From Rhizodiscina lignyota (lineage: Eukaryota), in assembly GCA_010015805.1 (NCBI GenBank), contig ML978143.1, forward strand, positions 186,001 to 250,000: a stretch of 64,000 nucleotides of DNA, in the 5' to 3' direction. Of this stretch, positions 23,943-37,299 are shown in pieces. Position 1 is the stretch's first letter. Each line of letters opens with the position of its first letter. A program made the translations under genes and the position numbers. The notes beneath the pieces were generated by a model that was not told the origin of the DNA, ran no database searches, and saw only the letters and a list, made by a program, of their open reading frames with translations.

Positions 23943-25551
23943 GGCGTGCTTATGTAGAGCAGTGAAGCCATGAAATGACAATCGGCTTGCGAATAACCTC
24001 ACAACTTGATCGAATAGCCATGACCTTGAATTGCATTGAAGCTCGAACGGTGTTCGATTTTCAATGGATGAACGGCACTGTTCCCAGATCATCGAGATAC
24101 ACGGAGTGTCCGAGCCCTTGCTGCAGCTGCGGCAGAAGTTAACCCAGGCCACTTTGATATTGTTACACTTGGCGCTGCAGAAACCGCCGGCCGCAAACAG
24201 TGTACCTGAAAATGGGACATCGCCTGCAGTTGGCGGGCCATCAACAGTCGATGGATCTCTCAGTCATATCCGCACACCACCTCCATCAGCCACAGCTATC
24301 CTGAGCGAGGATACGACTCCTACTGTGCAACCGAAGACGTCTTAACGCCCATGGCCCCTTTATGGCCAGAAAGGAGGTGCCATGGACTTGCAGATTAGGC
24401 GGAATAAGCTAGTTGGTATCGCTGCGGGAGTGGAGAAAGAAACGTGAGAATGGCGTCTCAGGGCTCCTATTTGAGGACGGCAGGCGATCCAAGAATTTCC
24501 GTTCCAGCAAAAAAAGCCGACAGCAGAGGCCGGCCATATTCTTTCTTTTCTTCCAGAGATGCACCCCATTGCGTCAGCGAGCACAACTCGTTTACAATGT
24601 GCTTGTTCGGCTTCAGCAAGTTCAACTACTTTTCAACTCTCAAACCAAGCTATCTATCAGAGTTTCCATCCAAATGCCCGAGTCCCTTTCACAGATTCCG
24701 CGCAACATCGCCTGGTAGCTCTACATCCACCGATTTTGTCTTTTCTCCGTCGAATAAGTGAGATTTATGTTTCACACCACAGCCGAGATAGTGATATTGA
24801 CTTTAGGGGTGGCAACTCGCAGGACAGCTGTGATGTTGCCCTCGGCAAGGTTGGGAGCAAGACTGCCAAGCATTTCATTCGTGGGACAGAGGGCTAGGAA
24901 ATGTAAAGGTGTGTGCATACATACCCAAGCCTGACAGAGTACGATTGTTGAATGAGTTGATAAGGGGGAGAGAGAGAGAGATTTTCTCATTCGCCCTTTT
25001 AGGCCATTTCTGGTCCACGTGGGGGTTTCTGCCTGACTAATATACAAGATGCCTTATAGTTCATTAAAATAAGTGCTTTTTGAAGGTCTCAATATCTCCC
25101 TGGCATTCAGGCTTGAACAGTGTATCCTGAAGCCGAGAGTTGATAAGGTCCGCGGTCTGAGCTGGCAGAGCCGAGATTCAGCCGGAATTACGTAGTTTAG
25201 CCAGCTGAGCTGCCCTCGATCTCGATACATGTCAGCTTTGCAAACGTACAACCTGATTCTGCTTTCGGAAATACTCAGCTTGACGATTGAAGTATCTCAG
25301 GTCTGGCCGTAAACTGCAAGCTGCACGACGAGCGGCTGGGAAGTCCACTTTCCAGATTCACGCGAAATACGCAGGAACCTTTTACGTAGCTCAAAGGCGA
25401 TGCAACATCCAATTGATGAATCGGCCCATATCTTTTCTAGAGTCCTTTCACTAAGTGGTTCCCTATTCATGTTTTATTGATCGCGGCCGTCTCTGTGTTG
25501 TCAAGCCGACATATCAATGTCCTCAGCCAGCTCTCGGCCTTGCCGTTCAAC

Positions 25552-27871
25552 ATGTCTCCGTGGAGCGACCTAGGAGCGAATTTCAAGTTTCAGGATCTTG
25601 AAAGAGTTTCTCTCCCAATGCAAAAAGAATGGATGCCCGCTTTCCGGCGTAGTGAACGGCTGATACGCGCGTCGGAGGAGCCGGGGCAGCCCTCTGACTG
25701 CTGTCAGAATTATTACAAAGGTCATATCTCAAAGCTAGTAAGCACTGAAAACAACGCCAGAAGGCTAGTACGCGTCTGTTGATATCAATTAGGAAAATTG
25801 TGATGAAATGTACACCGAAGTATTAGACGACATGATTGGCGACTCTCCACCTGCCTTATACGAGGTGTTTCGCTTTTGTTTATACTCTGGGATTATAGAT
25901 TGTCGCAACTTGAAATGTAGAGAACTTAAGGCCAAGATGTCGAGTTTTTTCCCGGAGGAAGAGTCAGAATGGCCAGCTTTTCGAGAATGGGCAATAGTGC
26001 GAACATCTTGCCTAGTCGCATCAGAAATAACTGGATCTGACCCTGAATCTCAAGATGACTCGGTCAGTGGTTTGGAACGTGGATTGCTCGAGCCCAGTCA
26101 AATGCCCGTTGAATATTTCGAGCTCATGGAGTGGATGATGGATATCGACTATTTCTTGGCCCACCCCAATGAAAAACGCAATCCGTTTCGCTTGACTTCA
26201 TCCTTTTACTTTGCGTCACAACCCGGGGATAGAATTCAACCGCCTTATCGTGTCTACGAAGCGAAATCGCGGGAAGCTCTGGAACAGGGAAAGAGCTTGG
26301 GGATCTGTCCAAATCGCTTGTGGAATGTTGTATCAGGGAGTCCGCGCCTGGAATTCGACTTGGTGGGCCTAATGACGGCTATAAATAATGTCCCTGCGCG
26401 GACCAAGTTCGGTCATAAGGAATCGAAATCGCAAATCGCCGCTGCGGCGCCCATTATTCCAACGACATCCAGTGGAAATCATACCGCGTGCGCTCCGGAT
26501 CTTTGCCACTTTGCGTTTATCGACAGCACTGGTGTCAAAATTCTGCATAAATGCCCTGGACAGAATTGCACAAGGCTGGATTTCACTCCACTGGTCACTG
26601 GGCAACCTCCATACATCTGGTCAATTGATGACGCCAAATTCACCCATCCAGGCAAGAATAAATATGTCGCTATTTCTCATGTCTGGTCCGATGGCACAGG
26701 AGCTGAAAATGGGGTTGTTAATAAATGCATGCTCGAATACTTCCAGGACATCGCTGTCGCTGCCGGATGCAGAGCTCTATGGTGGGATGCAATATCTATT
26801 CTTATCGACCCGACGCTTCGCAGCGAAGCCATAAAAAACATGCATACCAATTTTTCAGACGCCAGATGCACCGTAGTACACAACCAGTATACCGTAGGAT
26901 ATCCGTGGAGGGAGGACGGTAGCCCATGCATTGCCCTCGCTCTTTCTCCCTGGTTTACACGTGGCTGGACGGCGTTGGAGTTGCTCGTCTCAGAACAGGT
27001 CAAGGTCATCTTCAGGCATCCCATGGACGAGAACAGATACGAATTGAAAGATCTGAAAACAGAGATCCTTGCGTCCAATCCAGTATGTAGTCGCGGCCAC
27101 TGGATTGCATCAACAGTTATTAGACGGCTCTGCGATTCAAAAGTTGAGAGCCTATCGGACGTTCTGCATATCCTGGGGACGAGAAGCACATCATGGCCAC
27201 GCGATCGCCTTACTATCGCATCTCTCATTTCCGGTCTGAAGCCTGATGACAAAGATCCGGAAATGCAAGCGATAATTACACAGGATCTTATTATTCACTT
27301 TGGCAAAGTAGATCCCAAATTTCTTCTGCATGGAGGCCCTACAGAAGGACAAGGAGTATTTTCATGGTGCCCCTCAACGCTCGTGATTGGAGCCAAACCC
27401 AACATACCCTCGGGCTTTACGCCCTCAGAATGGCTGTCTGTTCACTCGGATGGTACTCTGACCGGTCAATTCATAACAAGGGTGCTGGAAAGCCAGGATA
27501 TAGAACGACTAATGCCATTTACAACCCACCCTTCTGGTAGCTGGAAAGTGCAGTGCGCTTTGAATAACTGGCAGCAGTGCATGCTAATATGGCCGGAAGC
27601 AAACGACGGGTTAATCGGGACCCCCGCTATCCTAGTAACGGTGCTGGGTTTGGACATACTTACTATCGATACTGGTAACAAATCCGTTCTTAGACCGAGA
27701 GCATTTCTGGACTGTCGCATGGAAGGCCTCTGCTATGGACAGCAAGGTTCCGAACGCGCCTGCGTCCGCCTCGGGAAGAAAATCGACAATCCTTCAGCAC
27801 AAAGCGCGAAAGACCTCTATGACCAATGGCAGCAGAGAGACATGGATTGTATATACGACATGCGCGAATAG
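25552..27871 (+). CDS. HET-domain (heterokaryon incompatibility) protein; exons 25552..25737, 25793..27871
   Basis: YVAISHVWSDG, LWWDAISI, AIKNMHTNFSDA, SPWFTRGWTALEL, RSTSWPRD; phase-0 intron 25738..25792 (GTAAGC..TAG). Confidence 0.85.
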
Positions 27872-28671
27872 GATCTGAAACATCAGATCATTTGGACTGG
27901 CCCTCAGAGGAGCGAAATGTTGGAGCGTTCGAACTCTACCCCTGCGAGTCTAGCAAGATGCCACGAGCGAAAAAGCCAATTGGCACGCTCCAAAATCAGC
28001 GGCGAATCACCATACTTGAAGTCTATCTTTATACTTGAGCTTGAACTGGATTTGGACGAGGTGGATTGGACATCTCCGAAGCACAAAGGGGATTGATATT
28101 ACCAATCACCGAATTCAATGCCGAGATGAGGACTGAAGTCGCCTAAGAGTATTGGGCAACTGATGGAAGAAGCGAATATCGGCCTGAAGGTACTCAAAAA
28201 CGTGCACGCGTGGCAGGAGTTGAAGGGGCGGTGAGTTCGGTGTGACGGAAGTTCCGAACTATGCTTTAATTGTACCTTTACATAAAACCGAACCCATCGC
28301 AACGAACTGTGACGTGTTTCTCCCAATCTTTGACATCTTTCAGAACTGGTAATCTGATGGAAGCCTCCTCCATTACTCGGGCAATGTGCTCAGGCGCATC
28401 CACCATCACATATTGAAGAAATTTCGGCCAACAACGTCTCCGACGAACGTCGTTGGCAAGTATATTTACAGCATAGCGGTCTATTTAACGATCACCCACG
28501 GTTCGCACAGACGAACGCGTAACCTTTGATTCGACGCGTCCCACCGCGTCAGCGCTAAGCCATATTAGGAACCCCTTTAATTCCGAGGCAGCGGCATTTT
28601 TGGTCTTCTCTCGAACCTCCAACGACCTATCCTTCCCGATTGAAGACGCTGGGCATATAGCTCAGCTGAAC

Positions 28672-29295
28672 ATGCCCCATCTTCTTGATCTTCCCAACGA
28701 AATCCTTGAGCAGATCATCCAATTTGTCCGTGTCCTGCCCAGAACTCGCTCGGCGTGCAGTGGTCCTTGGCCATTGCCGGAACATTTTCATGCTTGGGTT
28801 GGACAAGCTTTGCTCGAAGACTCGCAAAACGACTGGAGTAAAAGAGAGGGACTAATATCTCTTGCCTCGACCTGCAAGCAACTCTACGTGGAGACGTTAC
28901 GAGTCTACTACCAGGAGGCGCCAGCCATCAACTGTCAACATCCGAAGACTTTGAGACAGAAGTTCGAGAGCCCTCTCCCGTATCAAAAACTTCAGTTGAT
29001 CAAGGAAACCTGGCTGCAAGAAATTTGGCATGAACGGGTGACCAACCTAGCTCACGCCAAACTCTGCGGGGAGCTGCCTCACTTGAAGTCGATCACAGTC
29101 TATGAGCTCCAGTGGAAGAAGAGGGCGTTTGATTATGAGGCTAATGGTTTATACGACAGGCAAGACAGGATGATACCTCGAGAGCCTCTGCCTACTACGT
29201 CTGTAGAGCCTCCAGACAAGATTGCTCAAGCAATGCGAGATGCAGCCATCGACCTGCAGTTTTTGAAGTATGTTCCAGACTATCGACCGGCATAG
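28672..29295 (+). CDS. Small F-box-like protein
   Basis: MPHLLDLPNEILEQII and LISLASTCKQLY motifs; ACGCGT x2 at 28515 and 28534 upstream. Confidence 0.65.
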   Translation: MPHLLDLPNEILEQIIQFVRVLPRTRSACSGPWPLPEHFHAWVGQALLEDSQNDWSKREGLISLASTCKQLYVETLRVYYQEAPAINCQHPKTLRQKFESPLPYQKLQLIKETWLQEIWHERVTNLAHAKLCGELPHLKSITVYELQWKKRAFDYEANGLYDRQDRMIPREPLPTTSVEPPDKIAQAMRDAAIDLQFLKYVPDYRPA

Positions 29296-30171
29296 TGAAA
29301 TCCGGAAGTGCCGTCAAGCACGAAGAGGGGAGCCTGGTAGGTGAATCAAACTCTTTTCAAATCACACAATGGACGAGCGCGGCCACAGAAGAGCAGCTGG
29401 GATCTGGGCCGACTCCAAACGCCGAATCGTTCAAGTGCGATCTATTTGAGTTGGTGATGATTCATCTTTTCTAATTGATATGAACTGGCTCCAGATTAAT
29501 CTGGATTATTTCTATGTAATACCCAATTGCCGTTGATCTGCGGAGGCGCTATTTTGAGCCGTGTGCGGATTAAATTTGGATACTTTTGATAAGCACTGGA
29601 TTCGCATATGGATCGTATTGAGCTTTTAGCAGCACTCTCGCATAAGCTGAACATCAAGCCACCATTGTGCTGCACGCCATCAGAGCCGGCTATTTCATCA
29701 CCTGATTCAGTATCTAGGCGGTGAACAAAAGTCGAACCGTGAGTCATTGACGGTGAGCGACGGAAAAGAAACACCGTCAAGCAAGAAACGCCGAGGCAGC
29801 TGCAACTTTTCATATTGCATCTTAAAGCCGAATATGCAGTCAGTATCTATAGTACAAGTTCCATCCTCGTCCTTTCTGAGAGCACTATGTATCAATCGTC
29901 CATATCATGCACACACGCACTGATACACCCAGAACACCCATGTGTGAAGACTGTGGCCGCCAAAACAGAGTGCCCAAGCAAAATGAATCTTTTCCTCCCT
30001 TTCCCATTGCGCTTTCCATTCCAGTGACTGGGATATCATCGTACAAGCCCGAAAAACCATTCCAGCGCTGTGGCTACTGTCGCTGGTATAGCCATGGCAG
30101 TCTTCCTATCAAAACAATCTCTTCCATTCCATTCCATGTTGACATTGACGCTTTCCTGCCGAATGCTTGTC

Positions 30172-33116
30172 TCAGATAATATTCGCAATGCTAATCCGAC
30201 TCGCGCCCTCGCTCCTCTCCCTCGGATCCTGACTCCTCTCTCTCTGCGCCCGCGCTCCCGCGCCCTGTGGCGGATGCGGAGGGGGCGGCGTCCTAGACAG
30301 TCTCCCCGGCGGTTCAGGATCGGGCGGCGCGAGTTGTAATCTCTTCCCCGTATTATGCGCCGGCTGGTGATAGTGGTGGAAGCCTCTTGCTCCCCGCTCG
30401 GGCTCCGTAATGTGATTCTGACCCCTCTGGTCGGCGGCAGACCCGTATTCGTACTCGAAGCCCCGCGACTGGCGCTGCTGCTCTTCCATCAGTTCGTGTA
30501 GTAGGCGCTCGATATGATCCCACCCGCCCCAGTCAACCTTCTCCCGGCGCGAAAGCAGCGTAGACGCCGGATCTTGCGCCGCGCGCTCTGGCACAGCAGC
30601 CGCAGTCTCGTTGAACTCGGCCGGCGGATTCTCGCCATTAATATGCGCCGCACCGCCGTAACCCCCCGCGCGCGCGGTATGCGGCGCCTCAATCTTGACG
30701 CCAGGTTCGACTTCGGACTGCGCGTTCAACTTCAAGCCAGTCTCCGAGCCCGTCCAGACCCAGCCCATCTCCGGTGAGCCCTGCAGATCCGCGCTTAAGT
30801 ACGCGATCATCTCCTCGTCGATCTGCAGCAGATCCTGCCGCCCTCTGCCGGCTCTCCACCGACCGAGCAGCGTGTCGAGGAAGAAAGCGAGGTGGCGCCC
30901 GCACGACATGTTGTAGTTGCGCAGTTCGCCGACGGTGGCGGAAACGCGCACGCACGTGAGTGCAGACTGGAAGTCGCCGCGGAAAGCGAGGATGAGGGTG
31001 CAGCGCCAGAGGTGCGCGCAGCCGATGTTGAGGGCTGTGGATTTGATGGCTGATTGCCAGCGATCGGTTCGTGTGACATTGATGTCGGGTTCGGTGTAAG
31101 GGCGCGGTGAGGGGCGGTGGCTTGCAGGTTGTGGAGATGAGGGAGGCGTCTGTAACGTTCGATTAACGTATCGTACAGTGTCTTTGGCGACGGCTAGACA
31201 TCGATTCATTGCTTCGATGCGCTCGTTCGCTGGAACCAAGATTGACAGATTATGCCTGTAGAGATGGAAGCGTGCAGTTTGGAGAAAGAAGGCAATCGTC
31301 AGATTATGCGGTTCGAGGTATGTTGAAGAATGTATTTGGAATGTTTCGGTGAATGTTGACATGACTGCGTTGAAGTAGTCGTCGTATGTCCGGAGCGTCT
31401 GCGGGGATATTGTCCTAGATTTGAGAGTCGTCTTAAGTTGCGAGATGAAGCGCACGACAGGTATGACGGTTGCGAGCGAAGAATGCGAGTTAGAGCCCGG
31501 CGGCTGCTTGAGGATGATACCTGGCTGAATCATGTCATCATCCACAGGACATGGCCAGCCAACTTGGCAGTCTTCGTCATTGATTAATGGTGGACGACCA
31601 CCTTCGAGTGAGAGAAAGCTGTGCTTGTCAGACTAAACATGTTCTCGCCGCCCTAAGCATGGGCATATCTGGAAAATCGCATCTTACCGGTCGGTTGCAT
31701 AGATACACCACCATAACCGTCTTCTCATCTCTTCTTCAAGCATCCCCCAAGGCCCAGTCTCGATGTGCAGGCCAATATCTTGTGCCATTCGCACGGCAGA
31801 ACCTAGCCATACCCAACCTGCGGATTTCATATTCATCTCGACGAGATAGTGGCTGAGAAGTAGTGATGCACGAGCATGGTCCATGGTCATCTCGTCTGTC
31901 CATGTGTTGACAGTCCGTGTTGAGGCTCTCAGAAAGTCGACGCCTTCAACTGTTGGACGAGCTTTCAACTCTGGAGATTCCGGTTGTGCCGACTCTAGAG
32001 TTTGTAATGTTCCGCACGCCAAGACAGCGTAGAACATTGAAGCCCAAACCTGAGGCATTCCATCAAATGAACCTTTCGCGTACATGTCTTCGACCTGTTT
32101 GTGGAATGTAGGCCAGTGAATGATCGGGAAGAGTCTGTGAACAGAGTAGTAGTACTGGGACAGTAGTCTGTCCACCAACGGCTTTGCTGGTAATTGCCGC
32201 TCAGGGTTGACCATGACTGCAGGTTTGACAAGCTGCCTATACAGTGGGGGCACCTTGAAAATGCCTTTACCATAGTCTCGGATGTTCTGACGAACGCCCT
32301 CGAAATCTTTAAGGACTGGTAGATCTACCCTTCTCTCCGTTGACGGACGGATGTCTGGCAGCTTCAAGATGGGGCTTTCTGACTCGCGCATCGATGATTG
32401 CAATTGAGCAATCTCTTGCTTCGCGTCGGCCAGTTGGCTTTGGAGGTCCTGGACCTGCCTGGAAGAATGTCTTCAGCGTTACTCTTCTTGTTCGAAAATG
32501 AAAGCGATGGCCTTACTTTATGGACGACATCCTTCGATTGGTCTCTTTGGTGAACTGGCACTTTACGCTTCTGGTCGCGCACTCGGAGCAGCTCTGCGTC
32601 TCCGTCGCATCGCACTGAGCCAATATGAGCAAGGCGGTACTTTAAGGATACCAAATGTGTTTAATGGTGACGCACTTTCACCTTTCTTTCACGGCATGCA
32701 TCGCAACTTGGGTCCTTCCGCCGCTGACGGTAAGCTCGTTTCTGGGCTGCAGCCAAACCTGGAGACATGTGTGTGGGTGAGATTCCAGCCGCAGCGTAGC
32801 CATTGTCGCTGGGCCCCACGGGGTCTTGAAAAACACCGGCGGAAGCGCTTTGCGACGCCGATTGATTGCCATATGGGTGGCCGTACACACTCAACGAAGC
32901 AGTTCCGGGTGATCGTGTGACGGAGTGAATTTGAGGAAGCGGGCCAGGCTGCGGCTGAGTTCGCGGAGGTCCAGGTGGGCCAGCTGCGAACATTCCTGAT
33001 GGCGGAGGGACCAGAGTCTGCGACGATGCTGACGAGGAGACTGAAGAGTCGTGACTTCCAACGGAGTGTGGCCGATGTGGGTGGCGTCCATAAGACGATT
33101 GGAGGGATGAGTTCAT
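30172..33116 (-). CDS. Zn(II)2Cys6 transcription factor with fungal-specific TF domain (multi-exon)
   Basis: RQRRKDPSCDACRERKVK|CDATETQSCSECATRSVKC, FPIIHWPTF, AVRMAQDIGLH, EMRRRLWWCIYATDR, ISIANII C-terminus. Confidence 0.92.
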
Positions 33117-34305
33117 GGTTCTCAAGTGATCGACGCTCCCCGCTCTCGTTAGGCTTTCGTGACTCGAAGAGCAGCCATCAAAACAATTACAGGAAGTGAG
33201 CGATATGAGACAGCAAAGAGTGTTTGGCTGCTTAGTCGGGCAAACTCCAGATTTTGATGACACTAAAGGTCAAGTGTCAGAAAGGCAGAGCGAGCACCGG
33301 GGATCCGAAACTAGGCCGTGATCGGGACGAACCGATACCTTTTAAAGCGCGAGTCAGACGCAATAGGAAAGATCCTGGGGAGGGTGGAGGAGAAGGAGTA
33401 TGCAGACGCAGGAGCAAAATCGCGTGCGCTCCAGGAATCCGGTAGGCGGTCAGGCTGGTCTCTCGCGCAGTGTTCCTTGGTCAATAGTGGTGCGCAGAAG
33501 GTTCCGCGAGAATCAGAGTGGCCGAAAGTGGAAGGCTTCTCGTCCGTGCGACAGTGGTGCTTCGCGAGGTCAGCCGAGCTCTCCGAGTTTTGAGTGGACG
33601 ATAGGAAGACGCGATAATACAGGAGCAGGGAAGGGGCGGGAGATGGCAGTGAGATGTACGGTAGCAGTGTTCTAGTGTCGCCGTCGAGAGCTCGAGCATA
33701 GCCGAGTTGGGCACTCTGACATGAGAAGGAGTACGTAAAGCGCAGGGCAGATGGGAGACGGGATCAGATTAGAGAAAGAATCAGATACGGCGACGACGGA
33801 TGAGCGGCATGAATAGGCGCGAGCGGCATATGGACATTGGATGCGGTGCAGGCAGGCGTGTGGCAGCGGCGAATGTGGTGTAGCAGCGGCTCGAGGACAA
33901 TGTGATGGATGGGATTTGTCGCGCGCAATAAGGTAGGAGAGGAAGCAAAAAGCAAGCGCAAGAGCAATCAGCGAGTGTGCTTACCTGTCACAATAACGGA
34001 CCGCCGCAAAGGTGGTGCAACAGGGATGCAGACGATCGGAGGAAACGGCCTTGGTGGCTGTCTGCGCGCCCTGCTTTGACCAGGCCAGCGACACTTCCGA
34101 ACGGCTGATGGAGCGAGCGCGCTGGCGTCGTTCCTGGCGCGGTGGCGAGTCCGCTCGGAGCAGATGGCAGAGGGCGCGGCCAGTCGGCAGCGCAGGCTAA
34201 AGGGCGCGGAACGGTTTTGGATGGCGCGCCGTTGCGCAGGTGTAGGCCGGATCTAGGATTCAGTTAGATGGCGAGGGCTCGAGGGAGCGATGCGATGCGA
34301 TGCCC

Positions 34306-34332
34306 AGGGCAGGCAGGGCAGGGCAGGGCAGG
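34306..34332 (+). repeat. (GGGCA)n pentanucleotide run, G-quadruplex-capable
   Basis: GGGcaggcaGGGcaGGGcaGGG, preceded by (GCGAT)x3. Confidence 0.6.
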
Positions 34333-37299
34333 CGGCAGGTCACCGCCACAGCAGCGCTCAACGCACCGGACAGACAGGCATGCAATGCCCAGGAGCGTGT
34401 CTGGACGAGCAGCACGACCATAAGAGTCGCAGCAGCAGCAGGTCGCGCGCTCCTGTATTTGGCTTCGGTGCGTCAGCGTCAGCAAATCAATCACTCTCGC
34501 TCGCTGAATGATGATGCACGGAGACAGGGCCCACGGCAGACGTGGAGCCCTGACTCCGGGATCCAAGCGGATGGGAGTGCGCTGGGTGCTGTGCTAACGA
34601 CGGCCCCAATGGAGAATGATTAGGTGGATGGATGAGTGGATGTGGTGGAACACAGGCAGAGCGTCGACTAGCAGGCCGGCATGCAGGATCCAGACTCGGT
34701 CGGCGGTGGCATTGACGTGCTGCTGGAAGCATGAAGACGAGGGCAATAGCCAGAGCAGTAGCCGCGGACGATGCCGCTGTGGGACAGCGACGGGGACGGA
34801 GGATTGTGAGAGGAGATGGCACGGCAGGCAGGAGGCTCTCGCTGCTCGGCGCGAGTGATGCGAGCGACTTCTGGACGCTCCTTCCCCACACACCGAGCGT
34901 TAGGGTTGTTCGGTTGGATGAAGCGGGCAGCGGCGCTTGGATCGGCGGCCAGACTGAGGGCCAACGGGGCGCCTTCCAGTTCCTTCCAAAACGCAGCGCC
35001 ATCGACCAGCCCCCTTGCTGCCGACCCCCAGTTTCCCGCGTGCTGGCGTCAGCGCCGAGAAGAACGAGATGGACGTCCAGCGGCGCTCCGTCTGCTGCGG
35101 CGCGGAGAGCTCGCATGTCGAGGCCAGGCAGAGGGCAGGCGGACGGCGGGCAGGTGGCATGCAGACCGGTCGCGTTGCTGAGGCAAGAGGCAGGGACGGC
35201 ATGTCAGGGGAGCGCGGTGATGGGCGATCTTGGGCGGTTGAGATCCCGTCTCAGCGCTGCGCTTCAACCTTCCGAGCACTCGCCATCGCACATGGATTAG
35301 GACATGCCCTGTGAGAACTCCCGAACTCGCCGCACCTCCACGGCCTCCCGCGCCGCAACCCTGCTGCGTCCATCGTGTGAGTGTCCAGCGGTCACCGCCG
35401 TGCCATGCCCCTTCCGGCCTGCCGCCATAAGGCCCGCCAATCGCGCCAGCCGGAACGCGCCCGCGACTCCTTCTGCTTCTCTTCCGGAGAGCGCACTCCA
35501 TGTCGTGTGTGCTGGAGATGCTCGAGAGATAGCCTACTTCTATCCTAAGTATAGCCCCCCGCACCCTGGCCACGCCTCAATTTAACTTCCATCGCCGCCG
35601 CCCATTGATGACAGTGACAATGCCATTGCCATATTCGTTCTGTCGGAAACGGCGCGAGCTCCACCTGCTGATCGTCCCGCATCTGACACTCCACCTCCCA
35701 ATATCAGGGACGCTGGGCCGGCACCGACAATTCGGAAGCTTGGCCGCGCTCTGAGGTCACGATACAGACGACGTTCACTCAGAGTTGCCGCGCTGTATAC
35801 GCTGCACGCGTGGGCCACGTTCTTGTGTCGCCCGCCTAACCGCAAGGGCTCGATGTTTAAGACATGCCATGTAGCCTCAATCGACCACCAGTCGATCTCG
35901 GGGCATCCGAGCACTTCATCAGCCCTGTCGCCCGCGCCTCTCGCTTGACAGCGCGGCCAAGACACAAATTAAAGCGCATTCATGCAACGGCGCAGCAGGC
36001 GAGCAGAGCCTCACGTTAGCTGCGCGCCGGATAAAAGGGCCAGACATTCTGGCGTGCAGGAGACTTTCTCGCCAAACGCTCCGAGCCGTGCACGCCCAAG
36101 GTTGGCACTGCAGGCGCTTAGGGTATTGTTCATCATCTCGTGCGTCTATGCGAATACGAAGGCGCGAAAAACCGGGCGCCCCATCCCCATCTCAATGCAT
36201 GCGAATCACCCTCCCTTTCGCCCTCGCCCGCACGCCGCCAACGCCCTCGCCGCCCACTAGCGCCCTGCTTCTCGAAAGTCGAAACAAACGCCGGCCGGCA
36301 ATCCTCCGAGAGCGCGAGCCTGCTCAGCCGCGCTGTGGTGCGTGCGGATTGGGGGCACGCCCGGCCACATCAAGCAGATGACTGGCATGCTTCTGCTGCC
36401 CGTATTCTCGCCGCCATGGGCATGAAATTATCTTGCATGAAGCGCCGCCCACCTGGATCGATGAAAATCCTCTTTCCCCGCTGACTGTGTCTTCTCACAC
36501 GCCCACTCACCACCGCTCGTCCAACCGGAATTCCAGAAATGCTGCATACGCCGCCCAAACGCACCTCTGCACCTCTGCAGAACCTGGCACATGGGCCTTC
36601 CAAAACAGCGCGCAAATGCCGTTGCTTCCACGGCCGCGGTGCGTCGCCGACCGGGCTCATGCTGGCCGCCGCGCTCCAATTCTGCTATTCGCTACGCCCG
36701 CCAGTCACTCCTCACTGACTACCGTCTCTCTCCAAATAGGCCGCGGTGCGTCATCTTCGTGTTCGCATATTTAGGGCACGGTAGCGATGAGACTCTCTGC
36801 GGCCTGCAGGGCTGTGTAAGGCAGGTCGTCGGCAGCACGCGAGAGCGAGCATAGGCGTTGAAACATCTTTCACGCCTTCCGAAGGGGTAAGGAAGGCCAT
36901 CGTCTCCCATCTCACGTGACTTCGGAACTCGCCGGTCGGCCAGCCTGTGACTGCCAGAAGCGGCAGGCTTCTTGAACGTCGACCTCCGCACGCTCCACTT
37001 CGCTCCACCCTCAATTCCATCGCACACTCATTTGCACAATTTTCACTGCACTGAGCCGCCGCCACTATCTGAGAAAAATCAATACGTAGATGCTGCGCTA
37101 CTTTCGCTAAAGTATAAGTACAACAAGAGCAAGTATTACGCTGTCATTATCTCATTGGCCTGCAACCCCTTGATAAGCCTGCCACTCTTTTTTCGTCTTG
37201 AAGGATCGATTTTCGATCTTCTCAAATTCATAATTCGCATTTTTAGAACTCGCATTGTCATCATACTCTCTGCGCCAAAACCATTGGCCACATTCGAAG

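Noticed and set aside
24064..25251. Short ORFs between the F-box and HET genes
   Set aside because: No motifs and no consistent splice model; at most a degraded relic.
30172..33116. Assigning a specific name to the Zn2Cys6 TF, or making it the regulator of AAH1
   Set aside because: Orthology cannot be established from memory, and the ~4.2-kb divergent spacing alone is not evidence of regulation.
34012..37065. Many overlapping 60-210 aa ORFs on both strands
   Set aside because: Arg/Ala/Pro-rich translations expected from GC-rich non-coding DNA; no motifs or codon bias. Treated as regulatory region.
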